Origin: Leucoraja erinacea
Lineage: Eukaryota
Direction: 5' to 3'
NCBI RefSeq assembly: GCF_028641065.1
Contig: NC_073403.1
Location: 15,996,001 to 16,060,000, forward strand
Length of the DNA: 64,000 nt
Positions 47,230 through 64,000 of this stretch are shown here, in pieces. Under the pieces are notes generated by a model. That model had not been told where the DNA came from. It saw nothing but the letters and a program-made list of their open reading frames with translations, and did no database searches. The first letter of the stretch is position 1, and every line of letters starts with the position of its first letter. The position numbers and the translations under genes are program-made.

Positions 47230-47980
47230 AGTTCTAAATGGAGAGAGAATCCAGAAATCGGAGGTGCAAAGGGACCTGGGAGTGCTGGTGAAGCACTCCC
47301 AAAAAGTTAATTTGAAAGCCGAATCAGTAGTGAGGAAGGCAAATTCAATGCTAGCATTTATATCAAGAGGACTGGAATACAAAAACAGAGATGTAATGCT
47401 AAGGCTCTACAAGGTGCTGGTCAGGCCGAATTTGGAGTACTGTGAGCAAATTTGGGCCCCATATCTGAGGAAGGATGTGCCGGCTCTGGATAGGGCCCAG
47501 AGAAGGTTTGCAAGAATGATTCCAGGAATGAGTGGGTTAGCATGTGATGAGCATTTGGACTGCACTGGGCCTTGACTCACTAGAGTTTAGAGGGTTGAGG
47601 GGGGACCTAATTGAAACTTACAGAATGATGAAAGCCATAAATAGACTGTATGTGGTAAGGATGTTTCCACTTGTGGGAGAGTCTCGGACCAGAGGTCATA
47701 GCCTCAGAATTTAAGGGCGCTATTGTAGAAAGGAGGCGAGGAGGAACTTCTTTAGTCAGAGGGTATTTAATCTGTGGAACTCATTGCCAAAGATTGGCAG
47801 CCAAGCCAGTGGATATTTTTAAGGCAGAGATAGACAAATTCTTGATTAGAACGGGTGTCAAGAGTTATAGGGAGAAGGCAGGAAAATGAGATTAGGAGGC
47901 AGAGATCAACCCTGATTGAATGGTAGAGTAAACTTGATGGGCTGAATGGCCTAATTCTACTCCTATAACCTGTGAACTTG
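47230..47980 (+). mobile_element. CR1 3' fragment
   Basis: QRDLGVLV...KANSMLAFISRGLEYKNRDVMLRLYKVLVRPNLEYCEQIWAPYLRKD. Confidence 0.9.
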
Positions 47981-48559
47981 CAAACTTGTGAGTTATCAGC
48001 ATTGTAGTGCACCAGTTTCAGAGACAAGATTCAATGGCCACAATGGGACAGAGATTAATCAAACCGTAAAAAGGTAGACACAAAATGCTGAAGTAACTCA
48101 GCCGGACAGGCAGCATCTCGTCACCCATTCCTCCTCTCCACAGATGCTGCCTGTCCCACGAGTTGCTCCAACACTTTGCGTCTAAATTCAGTGTAAACCC
48201 GCATCTGCAGTTCCTTCCTCTATCTGGGACATATGACAATAAAACACTCTTGACTCTTGAATTGAACATTACCCCAATTTACAGAAGGGCCATTCAGGAA
48301 CCTGGTAACAGAGAGGAAAAAGATGCCACAATAATTATTGCTGGAACCAGACAAAGGGTGAACGAAGACTTCAACACAGTGAATAACAGCTTTTAGAGAA
48401 TCACTTTTGAAATGAAGCCAACCCTGAGGTGGGCCAGGTTACACAAAAAAAGCTGGAGAAACTCAGCGGGTGCAGCAGCATCTATGGAGCGAAGGAAATA
48501 GGTAACGTTTCGGGCTGAAACCCTGTGGGCCAAGTGGGTCTTGCTCACCTGGATTTACC

Positions 48560-48697
48560 TGACGACCGGTTGTTACGCGCTTACGTCACCGCGCCGCCGT
48601 GCGTGCGTGCGTGGCGCCAGGCGGAAGTCGAGTCCACAAGATGGCGGCCGGTCAGTCGGTGGAGTGAAGTAAGCTGCGCGTCGCCAGAGTGAGGGGG

Positions 48698-48700
<3 letters not shown>
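48560..48700 (+). promoter_or_regulatory. RUNDC1 CpG-island housekeeping promoter
   Basis: High CpG density from about 48560 to 49110; CRE-like TTACGTCA 48581-48588; ETS/GABP GGCGGAAGT 48620-48628; YY1 motif AAGATGGCGGC 48638-48648; GCGTGCGTGC repeats. Confidence 0.7.
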
Positions 48701-63016
<14,316 letters not shown>

Positions 63017-63628
63017 AGTTTTCTGATCTGTTTATTTTATTCAGAGGGTTTTATTTTGTTCTATTTAAGATTAATTTACTTGTTACAATATCTTGCAAAT
63101 TAAATTATGCAGCTCTTTTATGAATATAAAACCTCAACTAAATGTTTGAGGTATGTGTCGAATCAATACAATTTTTTTTATTTTTTTCACCCAGTGGTCA
63201 ATTACAGTTCTATTTTAACTCAAATTTAAATGGCGACATGTAAGTTTCTATAAAATTACTTATTTATAAAATACGATAGATTGCTCATTGGATTATAGGA
63301 TGTGTAAAGCTTCTGTGCAAGGTGTAAAGAGATTACAAGGAATGTGACATTTGGGCGAAGTGCATACATTATTGCAAATCTCGATCACTATTTAAATTGA
63401 TCATATCGTAAAAAGGAATATTTCCTGCTGTTGGATAAAGGACGTGATTGTGGATTTTGTGTATGTGCTAACTTTCAAAAAATGCTTACAGCCGTGTGAA
63501 GACTGACCATAATCATTCACATGATCTTAGTCATCAATTTTTAATAGTTAGCCAGACGAATGTCTGTTATAACAACCCACGTTCCCATTGCTGCAAACTG
63601 GCTAAGAAGCAAATGAACTGCAAGCTGT

Positions 63629-63804
63629 GACAGGCAGCATCTCTGAAGAGAAGGACTGGGTGACGTTTCTTCAGTCTGAAGAAGGGTCTCGACCCGAAAC
63701 GGTCACCCATTCCTTCTCTCCAGAGATGCTGCCTGTCCCGCTGAGTTAATCCAGCATTTTGTGTCTACCTTCAATTTAAACCAGCATCTGCAGTTCTTTC
63801 CTAC
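63629..63804 (+). mobile_element. Fold-back pLTR-derived element with hammerhead motif and 16-bp TSD, downstream of the RUNDC1 stop
   Basis: Perfect TSD ATGAACTGCAAGCTGT at 63613-63628 and 63805-63820; CTGAAGAAGGGTCTCGACCCGAAAC at 63676-63700. Confidence 0.85.
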
Positions 63805-64000
63805 ATGAACTGCAAGCTGTAAAGGGTATGCAGTAAGGTCCCTTTGTTAGAAAATCTTGTCCTAAAGAAAATATTGTCATGGGATTGCTTTTGCCCAACT
63901 TATTGGGGAAATCTATTTTTCCTCAAATGTGGGTTAGATGTTTGCATTTAATTGTTGCCCTGTTTTCACATCGGTCTTAAGCAAAGCTTTGGATTTGTAA

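Noticed and set aside
39400-48540. PTGES3L/AARSD1 exons expected upstream of RUNDC1 from human synteny
   Set aside because: None recognised; the interval is repeats and AT-rich sequence

Overview
Vertebrate genomic DNA. The repeat content (V-domain HE1-type SINEs, abundant CR1, Rex1/Babar and Penelope elements) points to a cartilaginous fish, probably a skate or ray; this is an inference. Two intact, divergently oriented, multi-exon genes were reconstructed by hand with canonical GT-AG boundaries. The first is a 10-coding-exon ceramide synthase of the CERS5/CERS6 subfamily on the minus strand (39246->7516, 369 aa). The second is RUNDC1 on the plus strand (48698->63016, 5 coding exons, 559 aa). 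The rest is mostly transposon-derived: CR1 (including nested and young copies), Rex1/Babar, L2, Vingi, Penelope fragments, V-SINEs, a Tc1 relic, a hAT element carrying a Penelope ORF fragment, Harbinger-type MITEs and a non-autonomous Helitron. Main leads: (a) the CERS gene sits next to RUNDC1, on the HOXB/G6PC1 paralogon where mammals have no CERS, so it may be a third CERS5/6 ohnologue lost in mammals; (b) about 20 copies of a Penelope-derived minimal hammerhead ribozyme motif, several in short fold-back elements with their own target-site duplications; (c) an in-frame uORF at RUNDC1. No database searches were run, so family calls rest on recalled motifs and repeat boundaries are approximate unless a TSD or TIR is quoted.
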